The notes under the pieces were generated by a model, which was not told the DNA's origin, did no database searches, and saw only the letters and a list, made by a program, of their open reading frames with translations. A stretch of DNA of 63,007 nt, filler included, from Choristocarpus tenellus KU-1152 (Eukaryota > Protista > Phaeophyceae), in NCBI GenBank assembly GCA_964200185.2. It is 8 parts of 8 records of this genome, joined end to end, with 100 filler letters (N's around TTAATTAATTAA, not from the genome) between each part and the next. Parts side by side here need not be neighbours in the genome. Positions count along the whole stretch, not along the records: positions 1 to 18,295 come from CAXNAD020000567.1; 7 more parts are not named here. One strand, given 5' to 3'. Position 1 is the stretch's first letter. The number at the start of each line of letters is the position of its first letter. The translations under genes and the position numbers were made by a program. Below, one piece after another: positions 1-12,878 of this stretch.

Positions 1-265
1 CAAATGGACAGCCGCCACCCCCTCCCAGATACTTTGGGCCAGATCCATGGTTCTTCACAAGGGTCTTATTGGAGATAACATCAAACAGTATGGCTGTATA
101 TGGTATGGCAATATATAGTTTGATAACAAACGAAACATTTCATATTTTGTATGATTACGTTGTCTGACTTTTTGCACAACTGTCGGGGAAAAACATGTTA
201 CAAGATCATTCCTACTAAGTGCAACAGTTGTTGTGAACGGTAAGACACCTCCCTCAAATATTTAC

Positions 266-3200
266 TTCGAAGTATTTGAAGTTCCTGTCCACTCTAAATA
301 GGCTGCTATCCTCCATGGTGCAAGGGATGCCCATTTCCCTGCAGAGTTGGCCGAGGGGTTTCACTGTAGGCATGTGCTGCTGGCGTCCTTGTCCTATCAC
401 CCTATGGCAGGTTGACGTATGTTGGTTATCAACTTTGTGCCTCCAGCACCCGACCACTGGGCACCTGTTGGATGAAGCCTCCTCCCTCCCTAGAGATCTG
501 GTGGAGGCGAGTCTAAACTCCATAGAGGGGGGTAAATATAGGACTGAACGAAGATGTACCACCTCTACACGACATCATAATGACTAAATAATAATAAATA
601 TCAAGAAGTATAAATGTAGAAAAAATAGGACTTCAAGGTCATAATGACATTCACGAAACCACCATTAAGACACCTGGCCTATAACATTACAACTCCAAGG
701 AAAGGCCAGGTCTGCAGACTGCATAATTCGAACTCAGTGTGAAGTACAGTGAAGTGTGACACAAAAATGTAGGCGAAGTTCAGCCCTTATTCTGCTGAGG
801 TGGTCACAGTGGCCTCATGCCACAACCTTTTTGCATGACAATATTCGATTGAGGAAGTCTGAAGTCACAAGCATATTATCGTTATCATTTCATAATGAAC
901 TCACTTTGAGTGAGTGGAGTAACAGGAAATCGGATCTGAAACGTTTGATCTCGCACATCAAAGTGAAGCAGTTCAACTGGGAACATGCCCAACACATGTG
1001 CACAACATGGACAACTGGATTATCGGCATTTCAGCTGTGTCAGGCAATTTTCAACCACTTATTTTTTAACTACTGCTATAGGAATAAGGGTCATGTGAAC
1101 ATACGACGAAATAATATTGTTTGTGTTTGAACCTCATTATTTTATTGCTGATTGATTTTCATGATACTCCCAATACCCCTATATTATGCGGTTTTGGTAT
1201 CAAGTAGCACTGCATATATTCAGGAGGAAAAATATCAATATAGAGAGAGAGATTAGATTATGTTCTTTCGATTTTTCCCTTTTGTTTTGTGCTGAAAATT
1301 ATGTTGCGTCCATGGTATCAATCGATTTTCACAATATCGTGGATCAAAATATCTGGATATTTGATCCTTTGAGGTAATAAGTTCAGCAAATTTACAGTAC
1401 AAGCAACATTTTCACCGGGTTTTGAGAGCACATTGCAAGCTCACATTTGGCCTGAACCAAAGTATCTGGGGAGGGGGGTGGATCTACACCAGGGTGTCCA
1501 TTTGGGTGAAAATCAGGAAAAGCGCATTTACACTATCCATCCGACATATGCAACCAAATCAACCAAAAATCGTGACATGAAAAAATTGACCCCAAATAGA
1601 CAGCCGCCACCCCCCCTCAGATACTTTGAACCACCTATCAATAGTGTCTTAACTCATGCTACCTCTAAAAAAATATCAATCGCATATTTTAGCAAAAGGC
1701 GAACTGCAACCACTGCCATAGCCCAGAATATAGAATTGTGCAGTGCAGAGTGGAGAAGGAAGGACACAGTGGAAGCTGGAGCTCATGTTACAATACATAA
1801 TGCATAGTGAAGGCAATTAGACCGGAATCTCACTGCAGATCAAGGTCGCTGCAGGTTCAAAGCAAGGGAAAAAACCTGCTTACATGGACTTCTTCTAGCT
1901 CATCTATTTTCTCAGTCCAAGAAACGTTCCAAGACACTTCCGAAAGAAGTTTCACACTCGATAGCGATAATATACAGCCAATATCAGGCTACGTAAGAAG
2001 CGACATTTTTTATCACCACGATTATACTTTGTGAGCCATGTACACATGCAATCTAAGTGTAACGCTACCAAGACCCATTCAATGAATGCGGTGCAAACAA
2101 TGACAAGTACTTACTTGAAAATTGGTCATGATGTATAACACCAGAATGAATTATCCTCATTGAGTTCTGCAAGATGCTGATATTGTGACTTCATCAACCT
2201 CAAGACCTAACTGGTATCGGCTCCCCCTCCCACTTGTGATGGGCAATACCACCCAGTATTCACATGAGTTGAGGTTTCACATGAGGTAGATTTAAGCTTT
2301 TGAAGCTCAGAAGGGGAGAGGAACGCTCCGATGAAGTGCAGGTAACGGACATGGGACTGTAGCAAGTTTGGCATGTAAGGCTGCTGCTCCTTAGCCCGAG
2401 TCATATTCAGCAATCCAATGTGTCGTCTGTAGCAGGTGTACTGCAGTTGTGAGGTGCTTAGAGTTTGCTTGATTGCACCACAATCACTGTGTACCCATTT
2501 ATGGAACAGATCGCCTTATACTCCTCGGGGATAGCACATACGTTACAGCTGGCGCATCAACTTCAGTTGGGAGAGGGTTAGACCAAGACTTTGTCACCTG
2601 GTACACCCCACTTGCTACAACTCCATGTGCACCACCAGAATCCAGTTGGGTCGAGGATGGTGGCCTAATAGGCAAAGTGTTTTGTGAAACCTCAGCAGGT
2701 GTGACTGGCAGATGCTACAACTCATAATACAAGGAGGGGAGTCTGAAACTACCGTCAATGAACTATTGCAAGTCCAAACGCCAGATCTCCAACAGAGGCC
2801 TTGCTGATGAAAATTCACTGTGGGGTTGTATTTCATCACCAAAACAAGCTGCAATCACCAGGTCTGTGATGATCTCCACCACACTCAAGGCAATGGTTTG
2901 ATGACTCCCTCCTCCAGCGCCATGCTGTGTTGCTTGCAAATTATGCTTTCAATGAAAATGTAATAATCTCACGTCCGCCTCACTAAGAATATCCAATATG
3001 GTTGTACTTTGTAGTAACTCGTATATGGTGGGAAATATAAATTGTTAACAGTCCATGATCCATACCTCAAGATAGTAATGTTTGACTTCAAAGCCAAGTT
3101 AGGTCTGCATAATCCTCAACACAACATGAAGGTCCGTACCATGTTAGAAGGTATAACGATGCTACATGTTACGATATGAAATCATGTTAGTGAATAAAAC

Positions 3201-6200
3201 TATATTACCTAGTCTATTATTCTGCAAAATGTGACCAAACTGTGTACCCTACTTGGATGCATACAGCTCGCAGATCATGTGAACACTCTTCTGCCTTACC
3301 TGTATACACCAATGGCACATGCCCATCTGAGGTAGTCTCCAGCATCAACTTCCGCCTGATCAATGATAATGTTTAGAGAAACCATACATGACTTCACTGT
3401 GGTTGTCTGCATAAAATATTTATAATCGAAGTCAAGCAGGGGAATCACAAAAGTGCGTGTTCTCATTTGACAGGTATCTCATCATTCGAGGTTATGGAGC
3501 AGATGTATCGGTTTCATAACCTTGGACACAGTGCAACGAGAAGTGGATTCTTGGGAGGACACAACACGGCTGAATACTGCCCATGGTTGGTGGTAGGTCG
3601 TATTTTCTCTTCTTTTCAACAAACCTTGCCAGGCTGATGGAGGAAATGCTCTGAAGTACCAGGTCTTGGAGGGGACTCACATTTAAGAATGCATATCCTC
3701 CTAAGAAATACCGATCCTTAACCTATATGGTTGTGGGTACATTAGGAAAGGTTCACAATAATCCTGACACTTGATACAGGAGGTCTGTACACCTCTTGTG
3801 CTCCTTTGCAAACATTTCTCACACACTTCAGAATACCTATTTGAAATGAGGGCATTTACTCATCTTCGACAATTAGTTGCAACTAACCCATGGTGAGAAT
3901 TTAATCCGCTACTGAGTGACGCCTTGATACTCTCACTCTCCCATAGGTCTGGGCTGTTAAGTTGTAGCTCTTTGGGATGACCTCCAATTAGAATACATAA
4001 TTTTGAGTTGGATTCCTTGGAATATTTTACATTAATTTCAAAGAATTATATTCTGAAATGTTTCCGAAAGAAAGGAATCAGAATGGGGCATATTCTTACT
4101 TCCCATAAGTCCGTATTGTTATAGTTTATTGAAAAAAAAATCTTCAAATGTGAGAATCAGAACCTACAAATAATATCATTCGATAGCCAACAATTTGACT
4201 TGTGCATAGATATCTTCAAAATACTTTTTCTTTCATTTTCTCCTGAGGGCATTCTGGATCACTTGATCCCCATTGACAGAGACACGTTCAATGCTGCCAC
4301 AACTTGGTGGATTGAGGGCGAGAATGATAGTGATGAGAAGTTAATTTAGGGGAAAAAACGCCAACACAACTAACCCTGTCTTCATCAGAGGTGTTGTTGA
4401 GATGTTATGGCCGATTAACCATCATTTGTAGCCATTTTTTGGCGGATTTTGCTAAATCTGTCATTTCCGAAAAAAACCCGTTTGTGTCCAGGAGATGGTT
4501 TCTCAACCATTTCGAAATGAAAAAAATAATTTGAAGATATTTATGTGCAAACCGAAGTTGGCTTTTGAACGATATTATTTGCAGCTTCTGAATCTCACAT
4601 TTGAAAAATTAAAAAAAAAAAATTGTAACGGCCCAGACCCATGGGACAGTGGGAGTATGTGCTGGTTATGTATATTTTGTCCCGCTTGATGTTTGTTTGC
4701 AAGATTAACATTAGACTACCCTCACAAGGATTCTTGAGGGATCTACACAATCATTGTTGATGGATTGATGTGAGCAGAGCTAGACAATTACAGCATGCTT
4801 CATGCATGTTTATGAGTAACACTTTACAGAGAGGTATATGAAATTGCAAAATATCTTCTTGGTAAAAAAACAATTTACCTTGTAAAGTACCATAAAGCCT
4901 TGTCTATACCCAATACATTTTGTCAACCTTACTTCTGAAGCGAAATCTTCTCTTTCGAGGGCCCTTTATTGTGACACAAAATAAGAAAGCAGGGAGTTTC
5001 GCACAGGGTTTTCAAAAGGCATATATTAAAAGTAATAGTTTCAAAAAGTATGAGCTCAGTTGGTACGACTCTGTTTACACAATCAGGGTCACCCTTCTGT
5101 CACCGAAATGAAACGACTATATGCAAGATCCATTTCAAGGCTTCGGTTCTTGTGTCACTGTTAATTTCTCTCCTTGGTTTGTTTTGGAGGACTATAAAAG
5201 CAGTTCAATAATGAGATCACCGACCCTGCACCTTTGCCTTACGCTCTTGCAATCAGTTCAAAAAAGTTATGCAGCTGTGATGAGGATGATTTTGTTGTGC
5301 TCCACCAGAATCAAATGTAAATTGAAAATATTCAAAATGGAAAGTAGCAAATTGTTCTTCAGGCACACTTGAATTTCAGGGTGTAGCGGAAGGGAGACTG
5401 CACAGGACATAACGTGAGGAGTTCACTCCACTACAATAGTAGAAAATAGAAGTATTCTATGCTGACTAGTGATTGTGGCTCAAGCTGTATTCAAGTTCTG
5501 GATTTGTGTTTTTGCTTCCTTCTGCAATGATTATCCCCATGCCAAATCGATTTACAAACTCATTCCTTGTCTTTTCTACCTAGAGAGAATGAACTACCAC
5601 TACTAATGATCACAAATGTGTGGATCCACTTCTTTATCTATCAGTAAAGGTAGCGAATACTGATGTACTGGGAGGGAGTGTCCAATAGTTTGACGACAAG
5701 GAGGCGTACCCGCAGTGCAATGATGTGACATAGCAATGAGATTAGGATCAAGAAGGAAGACCAGGGCACAAGTGTAGCCAATGGATACATGCTGTACATG
5801 AATGATTTGATGGCAGTAAGAACATATCTTACATCCGGTGGGCTGAGTCTTATTCCCTTTGATAGGTTTCTCTGAGGGTCGTCCCATTGATTAAGGGCAA
5901 GATACACCCTGGAAAGACAAAACAAATGCAAGAAAATATAGGGTATGAAGAAAACTAATCGAAGGCTTATGATGAAACAACAGTAGGTGATGGCTGAGGG
6001 CTTGGTGTACAGATCTGTTTAAGAGCATGCACTTGGTGTTAAGTTTCCTTATGCCCATTGCATGTAGTCAGTAAGAGCCCCAAGAAAGGCATGTGATCCA
6101 CATAGTCAACTGTAGCAATGACATTACATTGACAACCACTTCCAGTGCACACAAGCAACATGTCCCCTACCTCAGTTGGTTGATAATTGGACGAAATCTG

Positions 6201-7679
6201 GCTCATGTGAATGTCCCAGCAAGAGATACTATTATCAATGCTCCAGAAGGAATAAAAGTGATGATATTGAGTTTGTATGGGGGGTTGCAGGGAAAATGCA
6301 TCTATTAACTAAATTTACCATGGAAGTCATCTATTGGGGTTGCATTGTTGCCTTTCTAGATGCCCCCTATCTCCTTAATCTTCTCCTTCCTCTTTGTGCA
6401 ATCTTTCACATGATTGGAGCACTAGAACTGACGGATTCTACAATTGTGCGTTGAAGGGATTATCAATATCAACCACTACCTAGACTATAGGGAAGAGTAA
6501 GAGGTAGCTAGTAAGTGTGCAAATTGCTACTTTGTGCTTCGTATCACCGCTATGCCTCAAATTGAGGGAGACTTGGACAGCCTTCTTTTGTTGTTCTGAG
6601 TGCTGGGTTGATGGCTGCAGGCAAACACTGGCTTCAGTGCCGGTTTGCCCAAGAGATACAACAGAAAGATCCACTAGAGAAAATCCACTCTCTAGCGATG
6701 AAGTTGCATCTGTTCCGGTGGATGGGAACAATGATAGATCTGAGATGCTAACACTACAAAAAACTCAAGGCTGATAATGTTGACTATGCAAACGTTTCCC
6801 ACCCAAAGTCCAATCATATGCATGCCAGGTGTAGTAGCGGTAATCTGAAGGGGAACGACTAAAATACAATTCAAGCTATTCTTGTATTACACATGAATGA
6901 ATTATCTGCAAGGTATTTCAATATATGGTAGGTAGTCTTTCACACAAAGTGTAACAGGTTGTCAAAAGATACATTATACGGTTCTCAAGGTGGCTTCAAC
7001 GCTCTCCCACCTAAGGTTGTACCATTTGTCTCGATAAAATTCCAATCTTGCCCTTCCTTTAAGTGTCACAAGATCCTCGGGTAACTGACGAAATACAACA
7101 CTAAGGTCTTCAACTGGTCCAAGGAAGTCCCTCACCCTGGATCAGAGTCGTCCCCAGAGGCTGTATGATGACCAGAAAGTTGAGTCTTGCTCTTGAATCG
7201 ACTAGAGGATGAAGTCAGGGCGTAGGCGGAGTGACTATCAATGCTAGGAACGGATTTGGGTGCGATATACGCACCACTACCGAACAAAAACGCTTACGAA
7301 GAACTCTATGAACGTATATTCCGTTTGACGAGCAGTACAACCCCTACAAGGTTATTGTTGGACACATCTTCTCAATATCAATACTAGATCTTTTTGCGTG
7401 CTGCATGTTTCCCCTGCAGCAAGCCGCCCACTTACACGGGCTTTGCTACTAAGTGTTCGTGGGCTATATAGAGAAGGGGTGGAAGTTTGTTGCACGATAC
7501 AGGAATCTCAGCACCTGTAGAATGCTTGGACATTTAGCGCAGTCAATCTCTACCCCCAGAAGCTCTGATTTCATCTCCATTCAAGGCACTGCAGTATCCT
7601 CTTCCCTGACTTTTTGCCGAAGGATCTCCCTGAGATCCACGTTTGACTCATCTATGATGCTCAAAAAGTTCATCGCCAT
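266..7679 (-). pseudogene. Multi-exon gene-like region of unknown product with many in-frame TGA codons (probable pseudogene, or recoded/edited gene)
   Basis: Chain A, GT-AG exons with matching phases: 4879-4963, 4720-4779, 4200-4302, 3888-3981, 3723-3836, 3472-3664, 3300-3406, 3066-3161, 2753-2932 (9 TGA). Chain B: 1133-1209, 674-1034, 266-583 (6 TGA). More exon-like blocks near 1663-1990, 5250-5370, 5830-5910, 6170-6240, 6510-6750 and 7020-7200. Candidate ATG at 7679 (MAMNFLSIIDESNVDLREILRQK). No homolog recognised. Exon choice was manual and alternative frames exist. Confidence 0.5.
1454..1632. mobile_element. MITE family A (~180 bp)
   Basis: TIR caaagtatctgggg.../...cccagatactttg. Partial copies at 1-40, 18396-18444, 25258-25295, 31564-31610, 51919-51955 and 52125-52146. 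Confidence 0.85.
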
Positions 7680-7953
7680 TTTCCGATGTCATACGGACGA
7701 ACTGAGAAAACGAGAAATTACTGACCCCACTCACTCGTATTGCTCATTTAGTACCTACCTCCATGCAAATAAGGAGCTGAGTCCAACACAAGTTTATTAT
7801 ATGTGGTAAGAGGTTGTCAAATATGTTTGAAGGCGGTTTTGTTGAATACTTGGAAGGCGTTCAAGTGTTGTTGTTAGTTAAAGATGGTAGGTGGACATAC
7901 TTCAGACCAACAGAAAATTTCGCCCTGTCTTGGAGGACATAGAAAACCTAGCC

Positions 7954-9059
7954 ATGAGTACCCGCAGAGGTTCTGGTGGCGGTAGCAAAAAGCCAGCTCA
8001 CCAAAATAAGTTCGCCTTCCGACACAACCCAAAGTCAAAGAAGACGTTAAAGATCCTTGCTATGCCCAACGAAGGTCTCTGCCCGTCGTGTCACGACAAG
8101 GTAGGACACAGCGCCCTCAGGTTGTTTCTGTTTTGCCCATTGCCGTGAGGCTTTAATGTTCCCAGACCAGAGTCACGTCATCCCAAACATGATGAAATCC
8201 TGTGGTGGGCAGAAGTAGGAGATTAGAGGTAACTGTGGTGTCTTTGACAGGTGTTTGGGTATACAACGCTAGTGAACTCTCCTCAACAGCTGGTGTGGGC
8301 ATGGTTTGTAGGTATTTTTCTTCGGTGCTTGTAAACTCACCGCAACGTTCGACATGCTGAAGTTTTCCTGTTCCAATTTCGACGTATGTTGAACTTGTGC
8401 TTGGTGGAATAGTTCACCAACGCTTTTGTTATCTAGTCAAGACCAATTCATGGCCACTTATGCCAATCTTCTCTCTGACCCCCCATCCCCTCACAATGCC
8501 ACCATGACGAACTATGCAGTAAGTTTCTCAAGTGCACCAACTACTCATCACCACGTATACGTCTTATCTTTGTACTCACCCTCTCCCCATACTACCCCAA
8601 CTCAAACAGGTGGAATGGAGGAAAAAATACAGAAAGTATCGTCCCCTTAGGCAACCAGCCACATGCAACGACTGCCACCAGAAGACGGTAACCGCCGCCT
8701 ACCACAAAATCTGCGCGACTTGCGCACGGACACGTCGAGTCTGCCCCTGGTGTTGCACTAAGGGTCAACGGCGGCCACCTAAACAGAGCGATGATACAGA
8801 GAATGTTGCTGCCGTAGGAGGCGAGGAGAAGGAAGGAAGTAGTACTGCTGGTGAGGAAGTTGGGATAGAGGAGATGGAGGAAGATAATGGATTGAATATT
8901 GCTGATGAGGGGGTTGGAGATTCTGTTTTGGCTGAGGCTGGTGATGCAAAGGGTGGTGTCAAAGGGGGAGTAAAGGAATGGGGGGCTCATGGAGGCGGGT
9001 TGTGTGCAATGGTGGGGACCTTTGATGAGGATGATATGTACTGCTCGGATGAGGCATGA
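7954..9059 (+). CDS. C9orf85-like (DUF2039) Cys-rich protein, 2 exons, 198 aa
   Basis: Exon 1 7954-8100 (MSTRRGSGGGSKKPAHQNKFAFRHNPKSKKT...GLCPSCHDK), GT-AG intron 8101-8609, exon 2 8610-9059 (VEWRKKYRKYRPLRQPATCNDCHQKTVTAAYHKICATCARTRRVCPWC...). The HQN.F.F, EWR.KY.KY.PL and CxxC pattern match the C9orf85 family from memory. Acidic C-terminal tail, TGA stop. Confidence 0.88.
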
Positions 9060-9156
9060 CATTGACCACATGGAGCATAGGGTAATAGACTGTATTCTTT
9101 GATGTTACGAAAAAGCCTAATGATGTGTATTGTTCTGATTCCCAGTGTAGGTGGAT

Positions 9157-9425
9157 TCAGAAGGTCTCCAGGTGTAAAGGTTCTGTGTCTAATTTTATTT
9201 TGCTGGATACCAATAACAGCATCCCATTTAAGCATGTCAGAAGGTCGTAAATGGTAGGTAATTTGTTGAGAGATTTTGAGAAGGGAAGATTTTCTTTATC
9301 ACTGTGCTGCTGTGGCTTGGAAAAGAGGGACTGTTGCCTAGGGAGGCTATTGAGGGAGGGAAAGGCGTTGATTGCTGTTGAGGATTTGTTGGACTTTCCA
9401 AGTATTTTTTGGACAAGTTTTAACC
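9157..9425 (-). CDS. Possible terminal exon of an unidentified gene convergent with the C9orf85-like gene
   Basis: Open frame of roughly 80-90 codons after a CAG acceptor (LKLVQKILGKSNKSSTAINAFPSLNSLPRQQSLFSKPQQHSDKENLPF...LETF*). No family recognised and upstream exons not resolved. Confidence 0.25.
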
Positions 9426-11752
9426 TGCTATAGAACCACCAGACCCTTGTAACGATGCAGTGTGTGCAATATACAGTTTGTCCACTCTATTGAAATACTT
9501 CATTCTTACTTTTTTTCGCTGTTCACAAAGCAGTGCAGCATCATCTTTCTCCCCGTTTGTTTCATTCCTGGCAGTTAGCATGGTTGGGATCCAGGTCATG
9601 GTCAAGTCATGTTAAAACAGGTAACGATTTTGGACCAACCTTTGTAGAGCATTGTTACTGGACTGTCCCGCAGCCTGGCAATGCTGAAATAGTTGACATA
9701 AAAGATGTAAGATTTTTTATCCTGACGGACCAGATCATAACATATCCCCCAAAAGTCTGACTACATTACACATTAAACTGTTTTTTCATATATTCCATCA
9801 GTTCCTTTCTTTCCTATGATTATGATGAGGTTGTTAAGGATTTGATGGGGTTGACTCCTACAGTCTCACGTTTTGTTGTGGGACAGGCAGGCCAGTTGCC
9901 TAGTTTGGCTACGTTATCAAATGGTCCTGGTGTGGATACATCAGACAATATTAGAATTTGTCCTGCCCACGTGGTGGACATGGTGTAGTATGTTGGAACT
10001 GGTCTGACCTTCAGACTGGTCTCTTCACATCTTAGTGAACTGACGAAAAGTTTGTACTGTTTTTTCATGCACTGTGCTTACCCACCCACCTCCTCTGCCA
10101 TTACCATAACCAGCCCAAGGAGTTTGTGTCCCCACAAGTGCGATAATGGTGTGTATTTTTTGGTGTACTACTCACACTGAGCAATGACTCAAAGCAGTTT
10201 ATCTAAGTACCTAGAAATAACAGGTATTCTTTTGTTCCACCTCTACTAGTGTGGGCCCTTGGATTATTTATACTCCTGTACAGAATATATTTGGGAGTTG
10301 ACTGTTTGAGTCAAACCATTTAGCTGTGTTTCTAGGGATGTGATTTTACGAGGAGTTATCCCCAATTGAAAAAAGGAGTTAGATGTATTCTTTGTATCTG
10401 AGCTGGTGTTTGTTTGGATACATTTTGTGTTGAGTTTTTCTGGATGCCAATTTGGGCGACAACTACTTCAAAAGCGTTTATTTTGGTTCATCTGCAGTTC
10501 TCCCACTGCTTTGATGCCACCCTGATGATGCACATCTATCCAATAATACTACAGTATAGAACACAAACTTACGAGGTATCTGGTTGGCAATGAGACGTTG
10601 ATGATAATCATTTTTTCTTGTCTCTAACCTTGATGTTTCCTTCCTGTACACCCCCCTGCCATGCATATCTCCCAGTGTTAGTAACTTACATACCACAGAC
10701 TGAAGTCGACTACCACCAGGGATGCAAACAGAGGGCAATTTTGATTGACAATGCACTACAATTTTTGTGGAATATCTCTCGCTATATATAATGTATCACT
10801 ATGCCCACTGACATAGGTGATGAACCAAGTCAACCAAGTCTGTACCCTGTGCGTTGGGGTTCAAAGTCACTATCAGGCATGAAGTGATACCCCCCTTTTA
10901 ACCTGTATATCAAGAGTCAAGCTCACAGAAGACAACAGCAGGTAGATAATAAGAACTTCTTACTTTCATAACTAACCCTTACGACCATGGTTACCACAAT
11001 GGAAACATTATGTAACTTGTGAAACAGATACAGGCAGAGTTCACAGAGACCTTAGCTCACAATACATTTCAGCAGTTAACTAATCTAAGTATGAAAGGAA
11101 GCAATCGACACCATTGTCGTTGGAAACCCACCACCTATACTAGCATTGTTGAGAGTCATGTCTCTCATTGGCTCAATGTAGTACACGCACACACATACTA
11201 GGTACTTCAATACTATACATAGTTTAGGCAAATATATCGAAACGTTGATTTTGCTTTCGTTTTAAACTTAAATCTCATGACTCTTCCATCTCAATTTGGT
11301 ACCACTCAGTAGCACTACATACCACCATCACGTATGGCATACAATTAAACCGTAGTGAGAGCCACAGTGTGGTGTGCAAACGTGTCATGTAAACATCTGT
11401 GTAAGTTAGAAGGAATAACAGGGAGGTACCATTCCAAATCTGTCGAGAAGGTGATACCACATTTTAGATGCAGGAAAAATGATCAAACTATCCTACTCAG
11501 ATGTCATTGCTATCGCCACTCTTACCATCATCACCAATACTATTGTCATAACCTTATCAAGATGAAATTATCCTTCATGCAACAGAAGGAAATAAATAAA
11601 TCAAATAAAGAAAGTGTGTAGTTATTTGCACTCATCATCACTTTGTACCCCTGATGCTGTGTAGTATCAGAAACAATAGAACATCACGTTCCTAAATAGT
11701 ATACACCGTGCAAAAGACAAACGACCGGGATTTAAGAAAAAATAACTCCATT

Positions 11753-12878
11753 TTATTGAGAATCAATACCGTCCCATGCTGTCGACCACTCTCGCATAAA
11801 AAATGGTGAGTAGGGCAGACGGTCCTGTAGGAAAGCAGAAGGCAGGGTAGAGGGGGGTGGATAGGGGATGGGGGATTGGTGACATTACAATATGTAAGAA
11901 AGAAAAATGCAAGGGTATAGCCAGTACCCATGTATACGAGGTCACAAAACTCGTGCACACTCACATGAAAATACACACATTAATGCATGCACACACACTC
12001 ACAAAACCCCAAACTATTGCTTCAACATTCACCAAACAGGACATACGTACCCTTCCAAAAGACAACATCTTGTAGTCCCTGACATTTTCATTCCAGTAGC
12101 ACCATGAAGCACTGTCAGGGAACCCATAATATCCCCTCAGTCTAGTGATGTACCCAGTGAAGGTGCTCCTCCATGTGCCCACGAAAGCACGTCCCTGGGA
12201 GGCCACAATGGTGTCCAGTATAAGGTAGAATGTCTTGTCCACATCCTTGATCAACCTCTCGAAGTTACTCAGGAAAAAGTGGCTGATTTTTTTTAATCAA
12301 TTGTACACGGGTGCAGAAAAATAAAACGAATGTACAAAGGAAAAAAAGAGCGAAAGGAAACATTGACCACAATTGGTACAAAAGTAGTTGCCCACCCCAA
12401 AAATAGAAAAACAATGGAGATTTCACTTAGAATCCTTTTTTTCATCCAAGTGTTCTCAAAACCCCATCTTCAACAAGTACAGGTACCAGTGAGAGAGCAA
12501 GATCGAGGCACTGAGATGGTTTGGTTTCAGTCTAATGATAGACTACATTTTGATCCCCTCCAATGAACTGACTCCATTTAATACGTCATCACAGACTCGA
12601 AATAATTACAAGATTCACATATTTACTATCATTCAAAATAATCATGTAAGTGCACAATTCAGACCAAAAAATAAATAAATGCATCACTTGGTGGAATAAT
12701 TAAAAATTGCAACTTGGTAATATATTTTCTAAAAGAAACATGAAACTTGCCGGAATCCCGTGTCCTCAAAAGGTTTGAAGAAGCCGTAACTCTTTTCATC
12801 TGTGGCTATGTACAGCACCTCTCCATCATGGAGAACCTCCTTTGCCGTTCTGAGAATGGTCTCTGCCAAGGGTTTCAT
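11753..12878 (-). CDS. GDP-fucose protein O-fucosyltransferase-like (O-FucT family), last three exons
   Basis: Exons 12751-12878 (...LHDGEVLYIATDEKSYGFFKPF), 12051-12282 (...LILDTIVASQGRAFVGTWRSTFTGYITRLRGYYG...) and 11753-11824 (DRLPYSPFFMREWSTAWDGIDSQ*). LYIATDE and F.GT..STF.GYI.RLRGY are typical O-FucT C-terminal motifs. 5' exons were not found on this contig. Confidence 0.8.

Noticed and set aside
1133-1366. A 78-codon exon needing TAA=Gln and TGA=Arg
   Set aside because: Five stops in 78 AT-rich codons is about what random sequence gives, and a stronger pyrimidine-rich acceptor at 1210 gives a simpler exon.
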